Shown here piece by piece: positions 51,048 through 60,794 of a stretch of 64,000 nt of DNA (its first letter is position 1; the number at the start of each line of letters is the position of its first letter). A model generated the notes under the pieces. The model was not told the DNA's origin. It was given only the letters and a program-made list of their open reading frames with translations, and made no database searches. Source of the stretch: an uncultured Chloroflexia bacterium (GTDB taxonomy: Bacteria > Chloroflexota > Limnocylindria > Limnocylindrales > CSP1-4); contig CAVZVH010000001.1 of the NCBI GenBank assembly GCA_963778645.1, positions 67,697 through 131,696 on the forward strand, read 5' to 3'. The translations under genes were made by a program, and so were the position numbers.

Positions 51048-52246
51048 CGGGTTGGCGCCCCCAGCCCGGTCGCACCGACCGGAACGGGCTCGCGAACGAC
51101 GTCCACCCAGCGGCCGAGGCGGGCGCTCTCGGCCACGGCATCGTTGACGAGCATCTCGTCGTGGCCGTCCGCGAAGGTGGGATAGGCCGGTCGCGCGGCG
51201 GGTCGGCCGGCCGCGATATCGGCGTAGACCGCACGGAAGTGGGCGGCGAACGTGTCCCCGAACCCTTCGACGTGACCGCCCGGCAGCGCGGCGGCGGCTC
51301 GGCCGGCCGGACCCATGAGCGCCGGGTTCTTGATGAGGATCTCATTGGGCCGCTCGCGATGACCGATCCACAGTTGATCGGGTTGCTCCGAATCCCAGGC
51401 GACCGACGCCAGCGATCCGTCGACCTCGTACTGGAGCGAGTTCTTCCGCCCGGCGCTGATCTGGCTGATGCTCACCGCGCCACGGGCGCCGTTCTCGAAG
51501 CGGAGCAGGATCGTGGCGGTGTCCTCGGTCGCGATGTCGCGGGTGACCGTCTCGGTCGCGACCTCGGTGGAGTACGTCTCGACCGGGCCGGTCGGCTCGC
51601 GACGAGCCGCCACGAACGTGGCGAGCTCGGCCATGACCGCGGCGATGCGCTGCCCGGTGATGAAGCTGGTGAGGTCCAGCCAGTGCGACCCGATGTCGCC
51701 GACCGCGCGGAGCGCGCCGCCACGCTCGGGCTGCAGCCGCCAGTTCCAGTCCGACTCGAGCAGGAGCCAGTCCTGGAAGTAGCGTCCGGTCACCAGGCGG
51801 ACGTCGCCGATCTCGCCGGACGTCACGACCTCGTGCGCGTGCTGGTTCAGCGGGTAGTAGCGGATATTGAAGTTCGCGGCGTTCACGAGGCCGGTCGCGG
51901 CGGCGGCGGCCACGAGTTCCGCGGACTCCGTCGCCGACATCGCCAGCGGCTTCTCGCAGATGACGTGACGGCCGGCGGCCAGCACGGCCTTCGCCTGGGG
52001 CAGGTGGAGGTCGTTCGGGGAGGTCACGTGCACCGCGTCGACCGACGGATCGTCGAGGAGCTGGTCGAGGGACGGATAGGCGCGCGGCACGCCCAGCACC
52101 TCCGCCCGCGTCTCGCCACGCTCCGGCGTGCTGCCGAGGACACCGCGCACCTGGACGCCGATCCGGCGCAACGCCTCGACGTGGACGGTGCCGATGAAGC
52201 CGGTACCGATCACGGCAGCTCCGATGTCGGCGATGCTTCGCGTCAT
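51044..52246 (-). CDS. Gfo/Idh/MocA family NAD-dependent oxidoreductase
   Basis: VIGTGFIG, VHVTSPNDLH, HVICEKP and DIGSHWLD. Confidence 0.93.
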   Translation of the reverse strand: MTRSIADIGAAVIGTGFIGTVHVEALRRIGVQVRGVLGSTPERGETRAEVLGVPRAYPSLDQLLDDPSVDAVHVTSPNDLHLPQAKAVLAAGRHVICEKPLAMSATESAELVAAAAATGLVNAANFNIRYYPLNQHAHEVVTSGEIGDVRLVTGRYFQDWLLLESDWNWRLQPERGGALRAVGDIGSHWLDLTSFITGQRIAAVMAELATFVAARREPTGPVETYSTEVATETVTRDIATEDTATILLRFENGARGAVSISQISAGRKNSLQYEVDGSLASVAWDSEQPDQLWIGHRERPNEILIKNPALMGPAGRAAAALPGGHVEGFGDTFAAHFRAVYADIAAGRPAARPAYPTFADGHDEMLVNDAVAESARLGRWVDVVREPVPVGATGLGAPTR

Positions 52247-52289
52247 ACCCGGTCCACCACCTTGTCAGCGGCCTCCGCGTGCGATCGAG

Positions 52290-52306
52290 CCTGTCTAGAC
52301 ATCTTA
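52290..52306. promoter_or_regulatory. GntR/HutC-type operator adjoining the TAAGAT -10 of the minus-strand Gfo operon
   Basis: CCTGTCTAGACATCTT (52290-52305) is identical to 18231-18246; minus-strand TAAGAT at 52306-52301. Confidence 0.72.
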
Positions 52307-52403
52307 GACGGTTGCCGAGACGGGGGAACGTCCAGGATGTCACCGAGCGATGGGACGACCATGGGTCGGTTGCTCCTCCCCCACCGGTGTCGCCAATGGA
52401 CGT

Positions 52404-52428
52404 ACTTTGACATGTCGAGTGCAAAAGT
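52404..52428. promoter_or_regulatory. AT-rich imperfect inverted repeat, candidate ROK repressor site
   Basis: ACTTTG-acatgtcgagtg-CAAAAGT upstream of the ROK regulator; AT-rich against the GC background. Confidence 0.4.
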
Positions 52429-52469
52429 CAACCGATGAACGGACGAAGAGTCGGTATCATGGCGCTGTC

Positions 52470-53753
52470 ATGAACCTGCCGATGCACGCGCCACTCGCGG
52501 ACGAGGCGCTCGACGCGCTCGTCATGGTGCTCGATGAGGTTCGGCTCGGCCGGTCGAGGTCGCGTCCCGAGCTCGTCGCACGGACCGGCCTGGGGCGAGC
52601 GATCGTGGCCCAGCGCGTCGGTGAGCTCCTCGATCGCGGCCTGGTCACCGAGGGCGAGGTCGGCCCGAGCACGGGCGGACGACCGCCACGCCAGCTGACG
52701 TTCCGTGCCGATGCGGGCCATGTGCTCGTCGCCGACCTCGGAGCGACGAGCATCGACGTGGCCGTCACGAGCCTGGACGGACGGATCCTCGGACATCATG
52801 ACGAGCCGGCCGAGATCGAGGCCGGACCGGATCGCTGCCTGGACCGGGTCGACGCGCTCTTCGAGTCGCTGCTGACGACCGCGCAGGCGATCCCGGGCCG
52901 CCTGTGGGGCGTGGGCATCGGCGTCCCGGGCCCGGTCGAATTCGGATCCGGCCGGCCGATCTCGCCGCCCATCATGCCCGGCTGGGACGGCTACCCGATC
53001 CGAGAACGGTTCGCCGATCGCTATGACGCGCCGGTCTGGGTCGACAACGACGTCAACCTGCTGGCCCTCGGCGAGTGGCGGTCGGGGGTCGCGGCCGGCC
53101 ACGACAACGTCGTCGTCGTGAAGGTCGGCACGGGCATCGGCGCCGGGATCATCTCCGACGGCCACCTGCATCGGGGCGCGCAGGGCAGCGCCGGCGACGT
53201 CGGCCACATCCAGGTCGTCGACGACCCTGCGGTCGTTTGCCGGTGCGGCAACCTGGGCTGCCTGGAGGCCCTGGCAGGCGGGGCGGCGCTCGGGCGGGCG
53301 GGCGAGGCGGCCGCGGCCGACGGACGCTCGCCGCGACTCCGCGTGGCGCTCGACCAGCACGGCAAGGTCACGGCCCAGGACGTGGCGAGGGCAGCGTCGT
53401 TCGGTGATCCGGTCGCAGTCGCCCTGCTCCAGGGGGCGGGCCGACGGATCGGCTCGATGCTCGCGAGCGTCGTCAACTTCTTCAACCCCTCGCTCGTCGT
53501 GATCGGCGGCGGCGTGGCCAACAGCCCGGACCAGTTCCTTGCCTCGATCCGCGAGACGGTCTATCGCCGCTCCCTGCCGCTCGCCACGCGCGACCTGCTC
53601 ATCCAGCGATCGTCGCTCGGTGGTCTCGCCGGGGTGATCGGCGCGTCGTCGATGGTCGTGGACCAGCTGTTCGCGCGCGATTCGATCGGCCACTGGATCG
53701 AGGCCGGCGACCCGGCCGGCTCGCCGGACGTGGCCATCGGGCGGGCGAGTTGA
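52470..53753 (+). CDS. ROK family transcriptional regulator (HTH plus ROK)
   Basis: SRPELVARTGLGRAIV HTH, STGGRPP, VDNDVN and CRCGNLGCLE; TATCAT -10 at 52455-52460 before ATG 52470. Confidence 0.92.
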   Translation: MNLPMHAPLADEALDALVMVLDEVRLGRSRSRPELVARTGLGRAIVAQRVGELLDRGLVTEGEVGPSTGGRPPRQLTFRADAGHVLVADLGATSIDVAVTSLDGRILGHHDEPAEIEAGPDRCLDRVDALFESLLTTAQAIPGRLWGVGIGVPGPVEFGSGRPISPPIMPGWDGYPIRERFADRYDAPVWVDNDVNLLALGEWRSGVAAGHDNVVVVKVGTGIGAGIISDGHLHRGAQGSAGDVGHIQVVDDPAVVCRCGNLGCLEALAGGAALGRAGEAAAADGRSPRLRVALDQHGKVTAQDVARAASFGDPVAVALLQGAGRRIGSMLASVVNFFNPSLVVIGGGVANSPDQFLASIRETVYRRSLPLATRDLLIQRSSLGGLAGVIGASSMVVDQLFARDSIGHWIEAGDPAGSPDVAIGRAS

Positions 53754-53783
53754 TGGAGCGGAGTTGACGGCGACCGGGAACGC

Positions 53784-54758
53784 ATGACCATCGTCCGGAC
53801 GGTCCTCGGAGATATCGATCCGGCCGAGCTCGGGGTCACATATGCCCACGAGCACCTGGTCATCGACGGCGGCGCGCCCGTTCGGATGAACCCGGACTTC
53901 GATCTCGGCGACATCGAGCGCATGGCCGCCGAGGTGGCCGAGGCGGTCGGGTTCGGGCTGCGGGGCGTCGTGGACGCGATGCCGTGCGACTGCGGGCGGA
54001 ACGTGATCAAGCTCGCCGAGCTGAGCCAACGGTCGGGCATCCACATCATCGGTCCGACGGGGCTCCATCACGGGCGGTATTACGGTCCGGACCACTGGAG
54101 CGCCCGACTTCCGGTCGACGAGATCGCCGAACGTTTCACGCTCGACGTGACGGTCGGCATCGACGCCGACGACTACGCCGGGCCCGACGTCCACCGAACC
54201 GAGCATCGCGCCGGCGTCATCAAGATCGCTGGGAGCGAAGGCGGTCCGTCACCGCGCGACCGCCGGGTCTTCGAGGCCGCCGCGACGACCCACCTGGCCA
54301 CCGGTGCCCCGATCCTCACCCATTGCGAGGGTGGCACGGGCGCGCTGATCCAGATCCGCGCCCTGGCGGACATGGGCGTGCCGCCGTCGCACGTGTCGCT
54401 CAGCCACGTCGACAAGGTCGTCGACCGTGGCTACCACCGGGAGCTGCTCGGGACGGGCGCCTTCGCCGAGTACGACGGCTCGTTCCGCTGGGGCGACGCC
54501 GAGAACGGCACGCTCCAGTTGCTCGAATGGGCGCTCGAGGACGACCACATCGGTGGCATCCTGCTGGGCATGGATGCCGCGCGACAGGGCTACTACCACG
54601 CCTACGGCGGATCACCCGGTCTGGCCTGGCTGCTGGACGGGTTCGCCGAGCTGATGCGCGAGCGAGGACTCGACGAGGCGACCCAACGGCGACTGTTCGT
54701 CGACAACCCGGCCCGCGCCTTCACATTCGCGCGGCCTCCCTCCGACACGCCGGCATGA
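53784..54758 (+). CDS. Phosphotriesterase family amidohydrolase (PTE/Php-like)
   Basis: TVLGDI, YAHEHL, GVIKIA, ILTHCE, LSHVD and LLGMDAAR. Confidence 0.88.
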   Translation: MTIVRTVLGDIDPAELGVTYAHEHLVIDGGAPVRMNPDFDLGDIERMAAEVAEAVGFGLRGVVDAMPCDCGRNVIKLAELSQRSGIHIIGPTGLHHGRYYGPDHWSARLPVDEIAERFTLDVTVGIDADDYAGPDVHRTEHRAGVIKIAGSEGGPSPRDRRVFEAAATTHLATGAPILTHCEGGTGALIQIRALADMGVPPSHVSLSHVDKVVDRGYHRELLGTGAFAEYDGSFRWGDAENGTLQLLEWALEDDHIGGILLGMDAARQGYYHAYGGSPGLAWLLDGFAELMRERGLDEATQRRLFVDNPARAFTFARPPSDTPA

Positions 54759-55832
54759 ACGGACCGATCCGCCCGGCCGACCGACCGGGCGGCCTGCTCA
54801 CGAGCGTCGTCGGTTCGCACGCCCGTCCGTCCTGGTTCGTGGCGGGCATCGAGGCCGCCGAACGCGGCGCGTTCGGCCCGGTCGACCTCGCCGAGATGCT
54901 CGACGACGGCGTGGACCTCGCCATCCGGGATCAGGAGACCGCTGGCATCGACGTCGTCAGCGACGGCGAGATGCGCCGGGCCGGCTTCTTCACCGCCGAG
55001 TTCTATCGCCACTTGACCGGCGTCCGGGCGCGCCCGTCCGACCGGCGGCTCGGTGCCGGGGGCCACGACCAGCAACACCGATTCGACGTCCTCGAACCGA
55101 TCGCCGCGCCCGACGGCCTCGGGGTCGTCGAGGAGTTCCGGTTCGCCGTGACCCGTGCCTCGAGACCCCTGAAGGTCACGATCCCCGGTCCCTACACGCT
55201 GTCGGGCCGGCTGTCGTACGGGCCGGACCAGGTGTACCGCCAGCGCAATGACGCCGCCGAGGCGTTCGTGCCGATCCTCCGGGCGGAGCTGGAAGGACTC
55301 GTCGACGCGGGCGCGACGTTCATCCAGATCGACGACCCGTCGCCGGCCATCCATCCCGAGGCCCCGTCCGACTTCGCCGCCCTGTTCAACGCCTCGGTCG
55401 AGCCGGTCGTCGGGCGGGTCAGGCTCGGCGCCCACCTGTGCTTCGGGAACTACCTCGGGCGGCCGTTGTCGCGCCGGACCTACCGACCCGTGCTCGACGC
55501 GATGCTCGGCTTCCGGGTGGACGAACTGGTCCTGGAGTTCGCCAACCGCGAGATGGCCGAGGTCGCGATCCTGGGCGAGATCGCGGCCGCTGGTCGCGAC
55601 GTCGCAGCGGGCGTCGTCGACGTCAAGAACTACCATCTCGAGTCGGCCGACGAGGTCGCCGAGCGGATCGACCAGGTGCTGGCCGCGGGCGTGCCGGCGG
55701 AACGCCTGGCCCTCGTGCCGGACTGCGGGTTCAGCCAGACCGCACGCTGGGCGACGACGGCCAAGCTGCGCGCGCTGGTGGCCGGGCGCGACCTGGTGCT
55801 TGGCCGGACGGGCAGAACCGCACGGGCGATGA
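54755..55832 (+). CDS. Cobalamin-independent methionine synthase II family protein (second paralog)
   Basis: TSVVGSHARP, DVVSDGEMRR, IQIDDP, HLCFGN, LEFANR and PDCGF. The stop at 55830-55832 is reached only after removing one G near 55811; as given, the frame reads through into the amidase. Confidence 0.82.
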
Positions 55833-57145
55833 CGGCCACGCCCACCGACGCGGGCGTGCTGGAGGCCGCTGGTCGCGTCCAGCTCGGCGAGTGGACCTCG
55901 GTCGCGCTCACGGAAGCGTGCCTCGAGCGGATCGAGGCGCTCGAGCCCGCGGTTCGAGCCTGGGCACATCTGGACGCGGCGGCGGCCCTGGCAGAGGCGG
56001 CCGATCGCGACGCGGACGTCCGTGCCGGTCGGCCGCTCGGGCCGCTCCACGGCGTGCCGATCGGGATCAAGGACCTCATCGACGTCGCCGGGATGCCGAC
56101 GACGGCCGGCGCCGCCACATTCGCGCACACCGCGACCGACGCGAGACGCGACGCTCGTCGCGCGGCTGCGGGCGGCCGGCGCGGTGATCGTCGGCAAGAC
56201 CCATGCCACCCAGTTCGCCTATCGCGACCCGGCGCCCACCCGCAATCCCTGGTCCCTCGGACACACGCCGGGCGGGTCGTCGTCGGGATCGGCAGCCGCG
56301 GTCGCTGCCCGGATGATCCCAGCCGCGATCGGCACCCAGACCGTCGGCTCGATCCTGCGCCCCGCCGGCGTACTGCGGAGTCGTCGGGCTGAAGGGCTCC
56401 TACGGCGCCGTGCCACTCGACGGCGTGGTGCCGCTCGCCCGCTCGCTCGACCATGCCGGACCGATCGCCCGGTCGGTGGCGGACGTGGCGCTGCTCGAGC
56501 GCGTGCTGACCGGCGGAGCCGCTCGAGGTCGAGCCGGTCGTGGCGCCCCGGCTCGGCGTGATCCGCGCAATCGCTCGATCGGGCGGAGCCCGGGCTCCGC
56601 CGCCACCTGGACGAGGTCATCGAACGGTTGACCGATGCCGGGGCGAGCGTCGTCGACGTCGAGCTGCCGGAACCGTTCGCGGGAGCTGCCCGAGGCGGGC
56701 GCGGTGCTCCTCGAGGCCGGCGCGGCCGCCGTCCACGCCGAGATGTTCGCCGCCCACGCCGCCGAGTACGGTCCGACGATCCGGGACCTCGTCCTCGCCG
56801 GGCTGGCACGATCGGCCAAGGAGTCGGACGCCGCACAGCGGGTCCGCGTGGCGCGCCCGCACAGGCCTTCGAGCCGATCGTCGCGGCGCACGATGCGCTG
56901 GTGCTCGCCGGTCGCACCGTCATCGGCCCCCGTCCTGACCGAGGGGACCGGCGACGGCTCCCTGTGCGCCCCGTGGAGCACGATCGGCGTGCCGGCGATC
57001 GCCCTACCGACCGGGGTCGATGCGGCATGGGCTGCCGTTCGCCGTCCAGCTCGTCGGGCAGCATCGACGAGCGGGCCACGGCTGCTCGGTGTCGGCCGCC
57101 TGGTGCGAGCGAGTCATCGGGTTCGACGCCCGACCCGGGATGTAG
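55829..57145 (+). CDS. Amidase signature family protein, multiply frameshifted (sequencing error or pseudogene)
   Basis: [21 protein letters not shown]...[14 protein letters not shown] and [12 protein letters not shown]; fragments continue over several frames to [12 protein letters not shown]. Confidence 0.75.
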
Positions 57146-57161
57146 TGCGCGCCCGCCGATG

Positions 57162-58199
57162 TCAGCTGCGCGGCGGCGCCGTGCTCTCCCGGATCACGAG
57201 CTCGGTGGCGAGCTCCACGCGGGTCTGCCCGGGCTGCTCGCCACGGGCCATCGCGAGGACGAGCTCCGCGGCGGCGACGGCCATCTCCACGAGCGGCTGT
57301 CGAACGGTCGTCAATGGCGGGCCGACCCATTGCGCGACCGGTAGATCGTCGAAGCCGACGACGCTCAGGTCCTCGGGGATGTGCAACCTCGCTTCCCGCG
57401 CGGCCTGGTACACGCCGAGCGCCTGCAAGTCGTTGCCCGCGATGATGGCCGTGGGCGGGTCCGGCCGACGCAGGAGGGCACGACCCTTCTTGACGCCTTC
57501 CTCCACCTGGAACGGTCCGTGGCTGATGAGCTCGGGTTCGATCGGGACCGCAGCCGCGTCCATCGCCGCCCGATAGCCGTCCATCCGGGCGCGGCTGCAC
57601 AGGATCCCAGCGGGACCGCCGATGACCGCGATCCGGCGATGGCCCAGGCCGAGCAGGTGCCGCGTGGCGGCGAGACCGCCGTTCCAGTTCGTCGCACCGA
57701 TCGATGACGTGTCATGCAGCGGCTCGCCGGTGGGATCGACCACGACGAAGGGGATGCCGCGGGTCTTCAGCTGGGTCCGGACCGATTCGCTCAGGTCGGA
57801 GAAGACCGCGATGACGCCGGTCGGCCGGCGAGCGAGCGCGCCCTCGATCCAGCCACGCCCCGGCGTCCGCCGCCCGTGCAGCTCCGAGAGGACCACGGCC
57901 ATGTGCTGCTGGCCGGCCACCCGCTCGACGCCCCGGACGATCTCGAGCGCCCACTCGCTCTCGAGCTCGTGGAAGATCAACTCCAGGATCGGGGCGGCGC
58001 GGGATGCCCGGTCGGATCGCCGATATCCTTGCTCGCGGATGGCCGCCTCGACGCGGAGTCGCGTTTCGGGCGCCACGTCCGATCGGCCGTTGATCACCTT
58101 GGAAACGGTCGGCACGGACACCCCGGCCTGCGCCGCGATGTGCGCGATCGTCGGTCGGCCGGAAGCTCGCCGCTTGGTCCCGATGGTCGGGCTGGTCAT
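57162..58199 (-). CDS. LacI family regulator (BxlR-like)
   Basis: TIAHIAAQAGVSVPTVSKVING, GNDLQALG, VVGFDD and LTTVRQP; leaderless start (TACACT 58211-58206, 6 nt, ATG 58199). Confidence 0.92.
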   Translation of the reverse strand: MTSPTIGTKRRASGRPTIAHIAAQAGVSVPTVSKVINGRSDVAPETRLRVEAAIREQGYRRSDRASRAAPILELIFHELESEWALEIVRGVERVAGQQHMAVVLSELHGRRTPGRGWIEGALARRPTGVIAVFSDLSESVRTQLKTRGIPFVVVDPTGEPLHDTSSIGATNWNGGLAATRHLLGLGHRRIAVIGGPAGILCSRARMDGYRAAMDAAAVPIEPELISHGPFQVEEGVKKGRALLRRPDPPTAIIAGNDLQALGVYQAAREARLHIPEDLSVVGFDDLPVAQWVGPPLTTVRQPLVEMAVAAAELVLAMARGEQPGQTRVELATELVIRESTAPPRS

Positions 58200-58211
58200 G
58201 GACGGAGTGTA

Positions 58212-58224
58212 CCGAAAGTTTCGG
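58212..58224. promoter_or_regulatory. LacI-family (BxlR-type) operator CCGAAAGTTTCGG
   Basis: Palindrome CGAAA-G-TTTCG immediately upstream of the regulator's -10. Confidence 0.7.
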
Positions 58225-58315
58225 CCGCGTTGCCGGCCGAAATCTTGCGCCCGGGTCTTGACGCGGTGGTTGCCGTTCCGTACCGTTCGACACCGAAAGC
58301 AATCGTCAGATTGCG

Positions 58316-58326
58316 CGAAACTTTCG
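58316..58326. promoter_or_regulatory. Second BxlR-type operator CGAAACTTTCG
   Basis: Reverse complement of the first site's core, upstream of the SBP gene. Confidence 0.68.
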
Positions 58327-58429
58327 ATGCACAGGAGGACACGCGACGCGGGCCACGGCCGAGGCCGACGGGTCCGCCAGGAGGAGATCGCTGACCGAAC
58401 CGCGCCGCAGCGTGCGGGAGGAGTGACGT

Positions 58430-59788
58430 ATGACAGGAGGGCGAGTCGTGTCAATGCATCGGCGTCTGTTCGGGCTCCTGGCCGTGATGGCCCTGGTGCT
58501 CGCGGCATGTAGTGGGGGCGGTTCCGCGAGTCCAAGCGCAGCGGCCACGACCGCCCCATCGGTGGCGGCACCCAGTGCGGCCGCGTCCCCATCGGAGGCG
58601 GCCGCCGAGCCGGTCACCATCGAGTGGTGGAACCTCCAGGTGAACGACCCGGGGAAGGGCTTCCTCAAGACCCTGGCCGATGAGTACATGGCCGCGCATC
58701 CCAACGTCACGATCAACGAGACGGTCCTCGAGAACGAGGCCCTCAAGACGAAGATCGCGACCGCGATGCAGGCGGGCACGCCGCCGGACATCTTCCAGTC
58801 GTGGGGCGGGGGCGGTCTCGGCGAACAGGTCGCCGCCGGCCTGGTCAAGGACATCACCACGGACGTCTCGTCCTGGGCGGACACGATGAACCCCGCCGCG
58901 ATGGGCATCTACCAGGTCGATGGCAAGCAGTACGGCATTCCGTACAACTTCGGGATGGTCGGCTTCTGGTACAACAAGGCGCTCTTCACCCAGGCCGGGA
59001 TCACCGCCCCGCCGACCACGTGGGACGAGCTGCTGGCCGATGTCGGCAAGCTCAAGGACGCGAAGATCACTCCGATCGCCCTCGGTGGCAAGGACAAGTG
59101 GCCCGGGATGTTCTGGTGGGCCTACCTGTCGATCCGGCAGGGTGGCCAGGCCGCCCTCGATCCCGCGATCAAGGACGGCGCCTGGGACGCGCCGGCGTTC
59201 GTCGACGCCGGGACCCAGCTCAAGGCGCTCATCGACATGGAGCCCTACCAGGACGGGTTCCTCGCCGCGACCTACCCGAACGAGTCGGCGGCCATGGGTA
59301 ACGGCAAGGCCGCCATGGAGCTGATGGGCCAGTGGGCCCCTGGCGCGCAGGCCGGCGAGAGCGCGAGCAAGAAGGGGATCGGTGAGGACCTCGCGTGGTT
59401 CCCGTTCCCGACGCTCACCGGCGGAGCCGGACAGCCGACCGATGCGTTCGGTGGGACCGACGGCTGGGCGATCGGCAAGGATGCCCCGGCCGAGGCCGTC
59501 GACTTCGTGAAGTTCCTCGCCAGCATCGACGTCGCCAAGCGTTGGGCGGCACTCAACGACGGCACGCTCCCCGCAACCAACGGTGCCGAGACGGCCGTCA
59601 CCGACCCGTACCTCAAGACGGTGCTGGAGAACCGGTCCAAGGCCACGTTCGCACAACTCTATCTCGACCAGGCGACCACGCCGGCCCTGGGCGCAGCCAT
59701 CAACGACGCGATCGCCGAGCTCTATGCCGGCACGGCCGCCCCCGCGGACGTCGCCACGACCATCGCCGAGGCCGCCAAGACCCAGTGA
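58430..59788 (+). CDS. Oligosaccharide ABC transporter substrate-binding lipoprotein (BxlE-like)
   Basis: LAAC lipobox, VTIEWW, PPDIFQSWGG, YGIPY and PTTWDEL; the start may be 58453. Confidence 0.92.
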   Translation: MTGGRVVSMHRRLFGLLAVMALVLAACSGGGSASPSAAATTAPSVAAPSAAASPSEAAAEPVTIEWWNLQVNDPGKGFLKTLADEYMAAHPNVTINETVLENEALKTKIATAMQAGTPPDIFQSWGGGGLGEQVAAGLVKDITTDVSSWADTMNPAAMGIYQVDGKQYGIPYNFGMVGFWYNKALFTQAGITAPPTTWDELLADVGKLKDAKITPIALGGKDKWPGMFWWAYLSIRQGGQAALDPAIKDGAWDAPAFVDAGTQLKALIDMEPYQDGFLAATYPNESAAMGNGKAAMELMGQWAPGAQAGESASKKGIGEDLAWFPFPTLTGGAGQPTDAFGGTDGWAIGKDAPAEAVDFVKFLASIDVAKRWAALNDGTLPATNGAETAVTDPYLKTVLENRSKATFAQLYLDQATTPALGAAINDAIAELYAGTAAPADVATTIAEAAKTQ

Positions 59789-59810
59789 GCGGACCCCTCG
59801 GCACAGGTTT

Positions 59811-59841
59811 CGAATGGGCCGGCATCACGCCGGCCCATTCG
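59811..59841. terminator. Perfect 13-bp hairpin between the SBP and permease genes
   Basis: cgaatgggccggc - atcac - gccggcccattcg. Confidence 0.7.
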
Positions 59842-59858
59842 CCATCCTTGCCCCACCG

Positions 59859-60794
59859 ATGACCGCGTCCGCGATCGCCCGCTCCGGACCCTCGCGTCGC
59901 CGATCCTCGAGGCTCACGACGGCCGCGTTCTTCGTGCTGCCGGCGTTGTTCGTCTACGCCGTCTTCGTCGTCATCCCCGTGGTCCAGGCCGTCTACTACA
60001 GCGGGTTCAAATGGAACGGGCTCAAGCCGCTCACCGACTTCGTCGGGCTGGCCAACTACGAGCGCGCCCTGTCGGACCCGGTGTTCCACTCCGCGATCGC
60101 GCACAACGCCTTCTTCGTCACGCTGTCGCTGGCCATCCAGATCCCGTTCGCATTGGGTCTGGCGCTGATGCTCAACGGCCGGTTCCGCGGCCGCGCGATC
60201 TTCCGACTGATCTTCTTCGCGCCGTACGTCCTCTCCGAAGTCATCACCGCGGCGATCTGGCAACTCCTCCTCCTGCCAGACTCGCTCGTGGACCAGGCCC
60301 TCGCGGGCATGGGGCTCGGCGCGCTCACGCAGCTGTGGCTGGCCGATCGCTCGGTCGTCCTGTTCACGCTCTTCGTGGTGATCTCGTGGAAGTACTTCGG
60401 CTTCCACATGATCCTGCTCCTGGCCGGGCTCCAGGGGATCCCCCGCGAGCTCGAGGAGGCCGCAGCCATCGATGGCGCCTCGCGTCGCCAGGCGATCCGC
60501 TACGTGACGCTGCCCCTGCTCGGTCCGACGCTGCGGGTGTCGGTGTTCCTCGCGATCATCGGGGCGCTACAGCTGTTCGACCTGATCTGGGTCATGACCG
60601 GCGGGGGACCGGCGAATGCCTCGAACACGATGGCGACCTACCTGTTCGATTGGGGCTTCCGCCGGTTCCAGCTGGGCTACGGCAGCGCGGTCGCGGTCAT
60701 CCTCTTCGGCCTCTCGTTCCTCATCGCCCTCGCGTACCAGCGCTTCGTGCTGCGCCGCGACACCGAGGGCGCCATCACGACCGCCGGTGGGTAG
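59859..60794 (+). CDS. Carbohydrate ABC permease (BxlF/MalF-like)
   Basis: FVGLANY, WKYFGFHMILLLAGLQGIP and EEAAAIDGA (EAA motif). Confidence 0.93.
   Translation: MTASAIARSGPSRRRSSRLTTAAFFVLPALFVYAVFVVIPVVQAVYYSGFKWNGLKPLTDFVGLANYERALSDPVFHSAIAHNAFFVTLSLAIQIPFALGLALMLNGRFRGRAIFRLIFFAPYVLSEVITAAIWQLLLLPDSLVDQALAGMGLGALTQLWLADRSVVLFTLFVVISWKYFGFHMILLLAGLQGIPRELEEAAAIDGASRRQAIRYVTLPLLGPTLRVSVFLAIIGALQLFDLIWVMTGGGPANASNTMATYLFDWGFRRFQLGYGSAVAVILFGLSFLIALAYQRFVLRRDTEGAITTAGG

Noticed and set aside
53984-56392. Apparent 802-aa MetE-like/amidase fusion ORF
   Set aside because: Deleting one G near 55811 gives a stop in an ATGA overlap with the amidase ATG (55829), the normal coupling pattern here; insertion errors are common in this window.
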